Of a stretch of 60,000 nucleotides of DNA, positions 12,801-23,900 are shown one piece after another. Each line of letters starts with the position of its first letter. Positions within the stretch are counted from its first letter, which is position 1. The DNA comes from Camelus dromedarius (taxonomy: Eukaryota), in contig NC_087438.1 in assembly GCF_036321535.1 (NCBI RefSeq), positions 2,296,001-2,356,000 on the forward strand. Direction: 5' to 3'. The notes beneath the pieces were generated by a model. The model did not search any database. It was given only the letters and a program-made list of their open reading frames with translations, and was not told where the DNA came from. A program made the translations under genes and the position numbers.

Positions 12801-13554
12801 TCCTGGGCCCGGTTGCGGCGCCGCCTCGGGCCGGCGCGCCCCGCACAAGTTTACTTCCTGCGTTTTCACACCTCCTGGACACACGAGGGGTGTCCAGGCC
12901 ATGCTGGCTTCTCCCAGCTCCGGGGTCGGGGCAGACTGTTTCCCTCCCGCCGAAATGGTGTTTTCTCCGCAAAGAAAAGGTCCGCTCACTCACAAGAACC
13001 GACCATCAGCTTCCCCCAAGCCAGTGGCTTCCCTGCTGGGTTGCCCTTTTTCAAAGTTTTCACAACTGGAAAAGCCTGCAGCACTCGGCCGCTTCCTGCT
13101 TCTCCAAGGGCAGCGAGGCCGGTCACTGCCAGGTGACCTGCTAATACCTAGTGGGGGCCAGGGGATGCCACGCCGGTTGAGTGGCACTTCTGCCAAAGAT
13201 GTCCCGGGGAGGTAAAGGCAGCACCGACCTCGGAGGAGAGGCCGATCCCCGCCGGCTGTCACCGCTCTCCGCCGGGCCCCGTCTTCGCCACCCCAGCGGT
13301 GGAAGAGCAGGCGCCGAGGTGTTTTGGTGAGAGAGCAGACACACCTCGGCTGCGAAAAGGCACACTCCAGTGTCCGACAGCTGTAAACCGGCGTCGACAG
13401 GTTGTCAGACAGCTGCGGGGGCCGGTCGGGAAGGGGCCCGCGGCCGCCAGGCCCGCACCCGCCGCCCGGCAGCTCGCGCGGCCACGGCGGGCGGAGGTGG
13501 CCCGGCCAGCGCGGGGCACCACGTGCTCGCCAGGAGGGGCGGGAGAGGCCGGCG

Positions 13555-13670
13555 AGGGCGGGCGGGAGGCAGGGAGGGGGCGGGAGGGGAGCCGGGGGCG
13601 GGGCCAGCGCTCAAGGGGATGCCAATCAAAGCATCAACTTCAAATTGTGTCTGAAAGCCCCGCCGCCGAG
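13555..13670 (+). promoter_or_regulatory. IRX1: IRX1 core promoter: GC boxes, CCAAT box overlapping a TCF/LEF-type ATCAAAG
   Basis: GGGCGG at 13596-13601, CCAAT at 13622-13626, ATCAAAG at 13625-13631, no TATA box. No ATG between here and the start codon. The exact TSS cannot be determined from sequence. Confidence 0.7.
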
Positions 13671-13895
13671 CGGAGGGCGGCCGCCGCAGTCGGCGCGCGA
13701 TCGCGGATCCGGGCGCAGTCGGGAGCCGGGCGCCAGCGAGCACCGGGCCGAGGAGCAGCCACCGGCCCCCGCCTCCGGGCCGGCCCGAGCGCGCCCGGCC
13801 GGCCGCCGGCTCCCCGTGCGGCGGCTCCCCCACTCTCTGCCTCCGTCCCCCGCCCGTTTTAATACTTGCCCGCCGCCGCCGCCGAGTCCGCGGAC

Positions 13896-14168
13896 ATGTC
13901 CTTCCCGCAGCTGGGCTACCCGCAGTACCTGAGCGCCGCGGGGCCCGGCGCCTACGGCGGCGAGCGCCCGGGAGTGCTGGCGGCGGCCGCCGCCGCCGCC
14001 GCCGCCTCGTCGGGCCGGCCCGGGGCCGCGGAGCTGGGCGCGGGCGCGGGCGCGGCCGCCGTCACCTCGGTGCTGGGCATGTACGCGGCGGCCGGGCCGT
14101 ACGCGGGCGCGCCCAACTACAGCGCCTTCCTGCCCTACGCCGCCGACCTCAGCCTCTTCTCGCAGATG
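13896..14168 (+). CDS. IRX1: IRX1 coding exon 1 ([12 protein letters not shown]...SLFSQM, 91 codons, includes a 9-Ala tract)
   Basis: ATG at 13896 (cggacATGt). The N-terminus [26 protein letters not shown] is recognisably that of vertebrate IRX1. Donor ATG|gtgagt at 14168/14169, phase 0. Confidence 0.97.
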
Positions 14169-16009
14169 GTGAGTGCGCCCGGCCGGCTTCGCTCCCTGTT
14201 CGCCGCGGGCAGCCCTTCCCCGCCCGCCCGGCGCCCCGGGCGAGGGCGGCCGGGGCGGCGGGGCGCGCGGGCGGGAGAGCGGGCGGGCGGAGCCGGCCCG
14301 GGCGAGGCGCCCGGGCGGCCCTGTTGGCGGGTCCGAGGCGGCGAGGGCCGCAGGAGCGCGGAGAGGCCGGCCGGTAACGGCCCCGCCATCTCGGCTCGGG
14401 GAGGCGGGGAGGCAGGAGGCCCGGGCCGCGCAGGGGGTCTCAGTGGGAGTCGGGAGGCCGCAGGAGCAGGCCCGGGGCGCGCGGCCCGCGCTGGAGGTCG
14501 GGGCCAAACTCGTCCAGCGCCCGCGGCTCGGTGGCGGCGGCGGGGCGGGCGGGCAGGGTTCCGGCGGGGCAGCTCGGCCTGGTTTATCCAGACGCTCCTT
14601 CTGGGCCCGCGGCTGGCGCGACCTTTTCAGCTTTGGGGCTGGGCCGGGGAGACTGGATTCTCTCCCTCTTTGGCAGAGCTCACGCAGCTGTATCCGAGTC
14701 TGCCAGAGGAAACTCTTCAAAGCTTAGTAGAGTCGGTCAAAATAAGCCTAACAATGGAGGTCTGACGGGCCGAGGGGTCTCTTACGGGCTGAGTGCAAAT
14801 TTGAAATAAAAAAAAAATCGAAACAATTTTTGGCGTCTGAAACGGTGTTTGCTCTGACTTTCGTTAAGTTGCCGAAGTTTTGATTTCATTTGTACCGAAA
14901 GAAAAGCACTTTTCTCCCCGCGTTACGTAATGGAGGATTAAAGAGAAGTGTCCCTGCGCTTAAAATAAATGCTGTCCTCTTAGACTCCTGTCCCAGCGGG
15001 TGTCAGATGGGGGGGGGCTGCAAATTTAATGCTCCGTGGGGCTGTTGGCCCGTCTGTCGGCCCAAAGGATCCATTTCCTTACGTCTGACTACAAAGTTCG
15101 GCTTAAACTTTGGGCTGCTGGGAATTATGCGCCTGGCGCGGGGGGCCGGGCAGGCAGCCCCCGCCCGCAGTGCTGCGGGCGGGATCACGCAATTTTCATG
15201 CTCCCAGGTCTCCCCAGTCCCCGAAGGAAGAGATAGGAAATAAATACCCGACAACCGTACACCAGCAAAGCGGCCGCTGTGTTTTCCTGTAACTTTTCTT
15301 GTAGTTTTGAAAAGAAAGCCTATTTCTCTGAAAGCGGCCCCAGAGGCCTTTCAGATCGGTTGCTATCGAAAAAGATCAGCTCCCATTTTGTTCCGGCGGC
15401 CGGGATGCAGGGGAAGCGATGAGAGATTTACAAGGTATCCTTTCAAAAAGAATTCCCAGCAGAGACGAGGCCGAAATGTCTTCCTTACAGTTACAACCAA
15501 AATAATTAGAAAAGTGCAAAGGACTTTTTTGCAAAGATTAGGCAAAAACGAAATCTAGCCAGAGAAACCCTGTCTCTGTGGCCTCGCCCACCAAATTAAT
15601 TAGTCAAAGAAATCTGCTGTTTTTTGCAACTTTCTCAGAGTCCCGGGTCCTCCTCTGCTAACACAGCAACTCGACAATTTTTACATAGAAGATTCTAATT
15701 TTTTAACAGTGATTTTGAATACAGATGTGTACCATTTGGGAAAGCGGCGGGCGTGTGTTTGTGGGGGAGGGAGGGAGCTGTGAGATGAGGATCTGCTCCC
15801 ATTGTGGCGGAGTCGGGAAGGGAGATGCTTGATTTTTTTTTCAGAGAGGAAGCTATATTGAAATTCTACCCCCCACCCCCTCCCAAGGCTTGTGTGAGTG
15901 TCCCCGCGTTTCCTTGTGGTCTCCTGCGGGTTCTGGGAAAGGAAGCCTAGACCTAAACCAAATCCTAGGCCTTGGTCTCTAAGCCATTAGGGTTGGGGAT
16001 TTGGAAGTC

Positions 16010-16500
16010 AGAAGATAAAATTGTGAGTGAATGTCTGTCTGGGCAATTTATGGTAATAATGAGGCCTAATGAGGTTGTTAGAAAGATAAAATGTTATTTA
16101 CCAAAAAACCTGATGGGATAATTTGACTTGCTGTGTTTTACTACCAATGATAAAAAGAATATTGATTGCAAATAAATCACGGCCTTTAAATGCCTGCAAA
16201 CAGTTTGTGCTCCCTCGCTCCCTCGCTCCTGATCAAAGTCAAACTTGAGCGATAAAGTCACCGAGGAGAGAGGCCTCGGAAATGTTCTGCTCTGTGCAGC
16301 CTGTGCTCTGGGTCCCCGCGTTAATATTTTACCGGATAAAACCTCCTTTTGTATTTAAAAAGAACAAATGGTGTTTGTGTTATTGTTCTTGATGATGGTC
16401 AGGATTAAAATTGTAAATTACCTGTCACCCACTACAGACCTTTAAGTGTGGGCGAGCCATTATATGCAGATTAATTTGGGAGCTAAAAGGAAAGGGCTTT
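16010..16500. promoter_or_regulatory. Candidate intronic enhancer / conserved non-coding element in IRX1 intron 1
   Basis: Non-repetitive AT-rich block with six GATAA cores, TTTATGG, TAATGAGG x2 and GATCAAAG. Confidence 0.6.
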
Positions 16501-17018
16501 CATTTTACACTGCTGATGGATTCGGACTAGAAGAAAACCCGAGACGGTTTATTTTGTTTGACCCCCTCAGGGTCGAAGGGAGGGGGCGTCAGCTCTAGAT
16601 TCTCTGCGCTTAGAGAAGCTGTTTTATCAGCCTGGTTAAAAGGTTTTCCCCTCTGGCGAGTGTGAGATAAACTTGGGAATCTGGCTTCTGGAGGTGTTAT
16701 GGGAGGTGGGGGAGGCGGCTCTGAGGGAGGCCTAGAGAGGTTCCAGGGGCTGAGGCTCCACTGTGGCCTTCTAGAGGTGGACGGAGTCTGGAACTTTTCT
16801 TGAGTGACAACGCTCTCCATGATGGGTGGAAGGGCAGCTGCTGGAGGAGGCTTGCGGTCTGTCCCCTCTCCCTCCCAGGCGGGAGATGTGTTAGGGCTAG
16901 ATTCCCAGCAGGGGGGAGCTCCTTCCCAGTTGTAGGGACTCATCTATCTCTCTCTCCCTCCCTTCCTCTCTCTCTCTGCATCCCTACTCTCCTCCCTCGC
17001 TGGGCCTGGTGGCTGCAG

Positions 17019-18039
17019 GGTTCTCAGTATGAACTCAAGGACAACCCGGGAGTGCACCCCGCCACCTTCGCAGCCCACACGGCCCCAGCGTATTACCCCT
17101 ACGGCCAGTTCCAGTACGGGGATCCCGGGCGGCCCAAGAACGCCACGCGGGAGAGCACCAGCACGCTCAAGGCCTGGCTCAACGAGCACCGCAAGAACCC
17201 CTACCCCACCAAGGGCGAGAAGATCATGCTGGCCATCATCACCAAGATGACCCTCACGCAGGTCTCCACCTGGTTCGCCAACGCGCGCCGGCGCCTCAAG
17301 AAGGAGAACAAGGTGACGTGGGGCGCGCGCAGCAAGGACCAGGAGGACGGCGCTCTCTTCGGAAGCGACACCGAGGGGGACCAAGAGAAGGCCGAGGACG
17401 ACGAGGAGATAGACCTGGAGAGCATCGACATCGACAAGATCGACGAGCACGACGGCGACCAGAGCAACGAGGACGATGAGGACAAGGCCGAGGAGCCTCA
17501 CGCGCCGTCCGCGCCCACCGCCCTGGCCCGGGAACCGGGCTCGCCGCTGGCGGCCGCCGATGCGCTCAAGAACCAAGACTCGCCCCTGGGCCTGTCCAAG
17601 GAGGTCCCGGAGCCCGGCAGCACGCGCCTGCTGAGCCCCGGCGCCACAGCGGGCAGCCTGCAGGGCGCTCCGCACAGCAAGCCCAAGATCTGGTCGCTAG
17701 CGGAGACGGCCACCAGCCCCGACGGCGCCCCCAAGGCCTCGCCGCCGCCGCCCCCGGGCCATCCAGGCGCGCACGGCCCCCCCACGGGAGCGCCGCTGCA
17801 GCACCCCGCCTTCCTGCCCAGCCACGGACTGTACACCTGCCACATCGGCAAGTTCTCCAACTGGACCAACGGCGCGTTCCTCGCGCAGGGCTCGCTGCTC
17901 AACGTGCGCTCCTTCCTGGGCGTCGGGGCGCCCCACGGCCCGCATCTGTCCGCGCCGCCACCGCAGCCGGCCATCACCGTCACCGCGGGGGTGCTCCACG
18001 GCGACAAGGCCTCAGCCCGCAGCAGCCCCTCGCTCCCAG
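17019..18039 (+). CDS. IRX1: IRX1 coding exon 2 (TALE homeodomain, acidic region, IRO box)
   Basis: Acceptor ctgcag|GGT. Encodes [11 protein letters not shown]...[59 protein letters not shown] and [12 protein letters not shown]. Donor CCAG|gtaacc, phase 1. Confidence 0.98.
17121..17309 (+). other. IRX1: TALE (Iroquois-type) homeodomain coding segment
   Basis: 63-aa homeodomain with the PYP TALE loop and WFANARRR helix 3 (Ala50, diagnostic of Iroquois). Confidence 0.97.
17679..17714 (+). other. IRX1: IRO box motif ([12 protein letters not shown])
   Basis: Family-diagnostic Iroquois box, read directly from the translation. Confidence 0.95.
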
Positions 18040-18411
18040 GTAACCAGACCGCGGGCGTCCGCTCCGCCCCGCCCCAGGCGAGAAATCCGAGGCCAGGCAA
18101 GGCATGGGGGTGGAGTGGAACCACTGGCCGGGGAGGGTGAGAAGCAATGACCGCGAGGCCGGGGCTGATCAGTTGTCCCTGCCTGAATTCAAGGAGCGAG
18201 GCCAAGGCCCTCTGCTCGGCTCTCCCGAGAAAGCCCATGCTCTACCCACTGGCCCAACACGGGAAGGAGGTGGGCAGTTTTCCCCTGGAGACACTTCTGA
18301 GGGGTGGGAGGGAATGGAGTGGAGCCGGGTAGGGTGGAGATGTGGCCTGGGCACCGCTGCGGCATCTGTGTTCCCGGGTCCTAACGCTCAGCCTCTTCCC
18401 CTCCCTCGCAG

Positions 18412-18484
18412 AGAGAGACCTCGTCCCCAGGCCCGACTCGCCGGCCCAGCAGTTAAAGTCGCCCTTCCAGCCCGTACGGGACAA
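18412..18484 (+). CDS. IRX1: IRX1 coding exon 3 (ERDLVPRPDSPAQQLKSPFQPVRD)
   Basis: Branch-like ctaac, pyrimidine tract and cgcag acceptor. The 73-nt exon keeps frame with exon 2. Donor AA|gtgagt, phase 2. Confidence 0.95.
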
Positions 18485-18780
18485 GTGAGTGCAGTTGGCG
18501 TTTACCACTGGGCAGGGGCGAGGGTGGCGTTGGGGGCCAGAGGCTGAGCAGGGGCAGGCGGCAGTGGGGTCGGTCAGTCAACGTTAGAGGGGCGCCGTGC
18601 GCCAGACACGCCGGGGCTAGCCGATCCCACCCCCACCTCCGGTTTCTCCTGAGCCGGGAGCCGCGCGCGGGGCAGACGACCCCGCCCCCGGGCGCTCGGC
18701 TGGCAGAGCCGGCGACGCTGGGTCCCGGCTTCCATCTACTGACGGTGCTGTGTTCTTGTCTTGCTGTGTTTCCCCTGCAG

Positions 18781-18838
18781 CTCGCTGGCCCCGCAGGAGG
18801 GAACGCCGCGGATCCTAGCAGGCCTCCCGTCAGCCTGA
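18781..18838 (+). CDS. IRX1: IRX1 coding exon 4 (NSLAPQEGTPRILAGLPSA-stop)
   Basis: Branch-like tactgac, tcccctgcag acceptor ending at 18780, TGA at 18836-18838. Total CDS is 273+1021+73+58=1425 nt, i.e. 474 aa. Confidence 0.95.
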
Positions 18839-19187
18839 TTCAGGGTCTTCTTTTACTTTTGCGGGGGGAGGGGGGAGAAGTTCAGGAGGGAGGGGGGTGG
18901 GAGGAATTAAGACAAATACTTCAGACTGGCGTAAAGGGCAAATCTGGCGACGAAGTCAAGGACCCCCATCCATCGCTTTCTGCAGAAAGGGGCTCCTCCG
19001 GCCCGAGCCCGCGTCCAGGCAGTCTGGCCTCTGCCCGCGCACGGCTCGGGTGGCTGTCACTGTGCTCTGGGTGATTATCGGTTCCAAAATGCCCCCATGT
19101 GCTTGTGTCTTTTTTTTCTGTATATAGAGTGATTTCAGATTGTAAATAGCGCGTCAGCAAACTTGTCTAAATCATATATTTTTGTCT

Positions 19188-19193
19188 AATAAA
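19188..19193 (+). terminator. IRX1: IRX1 polyadenylation signal AATAAA (3'UTR about 18839-19215)
   Basis: First AATAAA after the stop codon, preceded by U-rich/UGUA elements and followed by a GT-rich stretch. Confidence 0.85.
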
Positions 19194-20139
19194 CTAAATG
19201 ACATGATGGCCACTGCTCCTGCTGCTGTGTGGCTGGGCGGCGCTGGGGGCGTCCTCAGTCCTGGAATCCTGCGTCCTGCAACCTTGGGATCCTGGCAGGG
19301 CTGAAGTGCAGTGGCTGGGGAGAGAGGCTCAAGGTGGCTTCCATCCGGGAGGCCGGCGCTTCTCAGTCTTTTGGTGGTGGTTGAATTTGTTACTGTTGTC
19401 ACCAGGGCAGTTTCTGGTTTGCAGTTCAGTTATTTCCAACTCTTACACATTTATTTGGGCGCGCCTTTCTTGGGACATAAATGAGTTTGATTTTAGGCAG
19501 TTTATAAAACGATTTTTTAAAAGTGGGCAACAATGGGGTGAAAAATGAAAAGAATTTCTAATCGTGTCCCCAAAGGAGAACTTGGTATTTGAAATCAATT
19601 TATAACCACTTGTCTCAGCGGTGCATTGCGGCATCTGGGCGTTTTGTGGGTAGACTGAGGACATAATGGAGTATGAAATTTTGCTTTCAGTGTATTTTTT
19701 AGTTATTTGGGTAAATCAATCGTGGAGAAATTGGAAGGTTCATTTCAACCCTCCCTCAGGTGGCCAGGGTGCAGCGCGGGCTTCTCCCGGTGTGTGAGCC
19801 ACAGGGCTGCATTGGAGGGGAGTGACAAATGGGGAGACCGGGCCTTGGTCTCCCAAAGAGGCCCCTTTAAACTCATGCGCCCTGCACTGGGGGCACCCAG
19901 TGAGCCGAGGAGCCAGCAACTCCCATATGGTCCGGAGCCTGGGAGCCAGGGGAGTGATGGTAGGAAGCAATGCGGACTGAGCCGGCCTCGGACGTGTGCG
20001 GGTGGGAGATGGTCCAGGAGCCCTGGGAACCGAATAGGTCAGGCTGTGCGCAGGACGCGCTGAAGCAGCCCGCACTTCCAGAGGGTGTAGGACACTTGGC
20101 TCGTGAAAGAAGAGAAAGCAAAGTTTACAAAACTGCCAG

Positions 20140-20900
20140 TGAGGATGGGGTCCGCCGGAGTGGAGGCCGAGTCCCCGGTGTCGGACAGGACCTCCCCCAC
20201 CCCAGCCCGAGGCGCATATATTCGCTTTCGAAACCTTCGGGACCAGCTGTCCCGGGGCTGCTGGTGGCGGCGAGGGACGTGGCTGCGGAAGGGGAAAGCC
20301 GGGGGCGCTGTCTGCCCGGCCCCTCTGCAGCCGGGAAAGAGGCGCTTGTGCCGTGAACAGCGGGCGCCACCGGAGGCGGGGAACTCCCGGTCCCCGGAGC
20401 CCGCGTCCTTCTCCAGTGGCCCCCATCCCCCATCGGTCTAGGGAAAAAGGTTGCCGCAAAGAGGCGGGGAGGAAGCGGGGAGGAAGCGCGAAGGGGCGGC
20501 CGCCGGTGAGCACGGGCCGACGGCACGCGGGGATGCTCGACTGCGGAGTGGGAGCCGCGGGAGGGCCCGGGCTGCGGAGCCGAGCGGAGGGCGGGCGGGC
20601 GGGCGGGCGGCGGCCGCGGTGGAGCGGCTTCCCGTACTAACCGATGTGTTCGAGGCGCCCTCTATGGGCCGAAAGCTGAACGGGGCCCTGAACGGGGCCC
20701 TGACCGAGGCGCCGATCTGGTTCTCGGGGCGTGGTGCAAAATCTGGGGGTCCTTGGATTTGGGGGTGCTGTGGGCGCGAGCCCCGAATTACGGCAGTGGG
20801 CCTTTCTCTGTGTTCTAGAGTGCCCCGCACCTGTTTGCAGCTGGGCGGCGCTGTGCTGGGCCTGCGGGGTAGGCTGCTGCGTGGGGTGGAGGGGCGGGGA
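20140..20900. promoter_or_regulatory. CpG island about 1 kb downstream of the IRX1 poly(A) site
   Basis: High CpG density, with a (GGGC)n run at about 20589-20610. Confidence 0.75.
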
Positions 20901-23900
20901 GGGGGGACTGGGCTCCACTGGGCTGCTTTCATGTTTTCATAGTCCCCTGTGGGGCTTGCGAATTCAAGGAGGAGGTCCTTAACCTGCCATTGACACTACA
21001 ACTTCAGGGTCACTATGACTTCAGGGTCACCACGGGCCTTGGCTCCCCATTCCAGAGTTCTGGAAACGAGCCTTGGACCCCACCCTGACCTCTGGGGCCA
21101 GATGGACCTGTGTCCTTGGCCAGACTGGGCTCTTACAGATCTTGGACCGGCAGTGTCCTCCTCCCCTCGTGAGGAATGGTGTTCTTGGCTCACAGACACC
21201 CTGCTCTGGCACGGAAAACGTGCTGAGAAGCCCCCTCTGAGCTCCTGCTGGTAGCAGCAGGTGGGACTCAGGTGGGCTGTGTGGAGTCCCCTGCCCTGCC
21301 CAGTTCCACCCCTGTGTCCCTCACCCCCAAAAGCAAAGAGGATGGCCTGTGCAGGCTGCCCCTCTCACCTGTGTTTCCAGTCTCCTCTTCTGTCTGATGC
21401 ATTTGGAACCCTGCCTGCTGCTGCCCAGGTGGCTGGACCACCCAGTGCTCACCGGGGGGTGGTCTGAGGCCTCAGAACCCTGTGGCCTAGAAGTTGTTGA
21501 GGGTCCGTGCCCCTTCCCGGGGCCCGAAGCCTCCCTGCAAAGAAATCAGATCGCCAGCCTCGGGATGATTCTCCTCCAGTGAAGAGCTGGACATGAATTT
21601 TTAATCAAGCATTGAAAAGCATTTTGTCCTTTGTGTGCTATTAGTTTACATCTGCCCCCACCACTGCAGCCACCTAAGTGTGTGCACGCTGAGGGGCACG
21701 CGGTGCCCCCGGGAGGTTCTGATGAGCGCAGTGCTTCTGCGCCTGAAATACCTGGCAGGAGACATAGGAACCCCGTTTCCTTTAAAGGCAAGGTGGAAGC
21801 TCCTCTGGAACTTTCTGTGTGTGCCGAAGTGCACTCCTGCCTCACCCCTGCCCAGCAGTTTCAGAGGGTAGCGTTGATTCTGTAAGGAGGAGACAAAATC
21901 TGAAAATTCCTAAGGATGAGGGACATACCCTGATTAATGTTGGCATTTTGGCCTCCGTTCTCCACAGGGGACAGGTTCCCCACAGCAAGGACACTCTATT
22001 CAGGACAGAGGATGTCTGTCTTTATGGGATCTCATTTTGGGGGAGAGGCTAAGGAACAAATCTGACCCGGAGACCGTCCTCTCCAGCCTGCAGAGGTGAC
22101 GGGGAGAGGGTCTGATGTGCAGACTTTCTCGATGAGCATCCCCACGTTCCTGGTCGGAGGACTTGGGGAGCGGGTCCAGACCCCATCCCTATCCCTGACC
22201 TGCTGGAGTCTTGGAAATCTCACTGCTCCCACCTCCCTTCCCACCCGCCTCCGATCAGTTATATTCCCCAGCACATTTATCTCGCCTGCAATATGGAGAA
22301 TTCATATTCATCTCCCGGTTTTAGTGGCCTGACACTGATTAATGTAATACGCGCCGTGACTCCGAGGGGCCGCCACCCGATGAATCATGCCCTATAAAGT
22401 TTCAGTCGTCCTTGTAGATGGGACTCTGCCAGAGAGCTCGAAGCTGGAGAGAGGGAGGGATGAGGGGAAAGGAGAAAGAGAGGTCAGGGTGGGCCAAGGC
22501 GCCCCGCTGCCCTAGCGCGGGCACTGTCCCCCGACTCAGGGGCCTAGCAGCTCTGGCCCTCTGCCTGCACTGCTTTTCTGAGATGAGGACTCTTTCTGGT
22601 CCTCCCACCCTGGTGTTTCCTTCCCTTCCGGGGGGTTCCAGCAGGCCCTAGGCTGCCGGGTGGCCGAGACAGGGTCGGGCTGGGGCTGGGGCTGCCGGGT
22701 GACGTCTCAGGGTTAGGGATACAGATTGGGGTCTGGGGAGACTGGAGCCCAGAATGTTCTCCCTAAGGTGGCGGGGCCCAGTGTGCTGGTGGGAGTAGGG
22801 TTTTGCCCCTGGGGCACCCAAACTGGGGGGCAGAAGGGCAGGAAGGATGTCAAGCCCAGGGAGGGTTGCTGGGTTGGGGTGGCTTGGTGTAGTTTTGGGG
22901 TCCACAGTGGGTAGGGGCTTGGAAAGCTGACCAGCCTGCAGTGGTCTCTGCCCATCTCCTGTACTGTGGGCCACATTGCAGGTCACAGCTCTGAGATGGA
23001 GTCAGCCAGGTCCTCAGGCCTCCCAAGGACCAGGGAGGGGAACTCTGAGTACCTGAGCCTGAGCCAGCATGTGCTTTGTGGCCCTGCAGCATGCCAGGCT
23101 CAGGGGAGCTTCCTGCCACACTTGTGGCCCCAAAGGCTCCAGGTGGGGAGGGTGAGCAGGGGATGGTTGGCCCTGGGAGGGGGAGGGGGATCCAGGGTTG
23201 GGTGGCCAGGAGACAGGGCTAGCAGGTGGAGGGGGTGCACTCTGGGGATGATGGCAGGGCCTGGCCACCTCCAGGGTGCCCTAAGCCATGTGGAAGGAGC
23301 AGGGCCCCAGGGATGCCCACCCAGAGGCAGAGGATGAATGGTCCCTCCAAGTAAAAAGGCCCGCAGCCACCGCCTGTTCCCATTCTGCTCTGCTGGGGAC
23401 AGAGCTTCCAGGTCTGTTCCGGCTCCCACCGAGCCAGCGGCCCTAATTACAGCTCTGGAGCTGAAAGGCTTCAGAAGTTCACTCCCTGGGGACTGCGGAC
23501 TACCTCTGTGCCCCAGCTACTGAAGCTGGACACATACCCCTGTGCCCTCAGGACAGATATCTGAAAATGGGCCCTCTTAGGGCAACGCACAGGGGGACAG
23601 AGGGGCCACCTGACCTGGTGGCAAAGACCTGGGTCTACAGTGCTCTTAGAGACCCACACAAATGTTTTAATTTCTTTTCAAATGGAAAAAGTTACTTTTA
23701 GGTGAAGAAAACGTGTTAATAGATATTATCAGTGTCCTTATACGATCTATCCTTCTGTCTATATCTTTATATCTATCCATCTTTATATCAAGCAGCCTTA
23801 ACATTTGTTTTTTAACATTTGCTTTCATTGGAGGAGGAGGCCCAGGAACCTGTGAAAGTCACCAGGCATCCCAGATGGAGGGGCCCCTGGAGTGGCCTGA

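Larger units (their letters stand above)
12450..14700. promoter_or_regulatory. CpG island over the IRX1 promoter, exon 1 and start of intron 1
   Basis: Very high GC and CpG density by inspection. Boundaries approximate. Confidence 0.9.
17040..18830. promoter_or_regulatory. Intragenic CpG island (exons 2-4)
   Basis: CpG-rich coding and intronic sequence. Confidence 0.75.

Noticed and set aside
13866..13895. TTG-initiated N-terminal extension of IRX1
   Set aside because: Near-cognate start with only 10 extra codons and an in-frame TAA just upstream (13860-13862). The conserved protein starts at MSFPQ.
14169..14765. Continuation of the 299-aa ORF (13866..14765) beyond exon 1
   Set aside because: Read-through into GC-rich intron 1. 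A strong gtgagt donor lies at 14169 and the downstream peptide is low-complexity.
16800..17018. N-terminal part of the 446-aa ORF
   Set aside because: Intronic polypyrimidine sequence upstream of the exon 2 acceptor.
16944..18238. Antisense ORFs of 243 and 246 aa over exon 2, and the 364-aa antisense ORF over exon 1
   Set aside because: Shadow ORFs caused by GC-rich codon usage of the sense gene. No recognisable domain.
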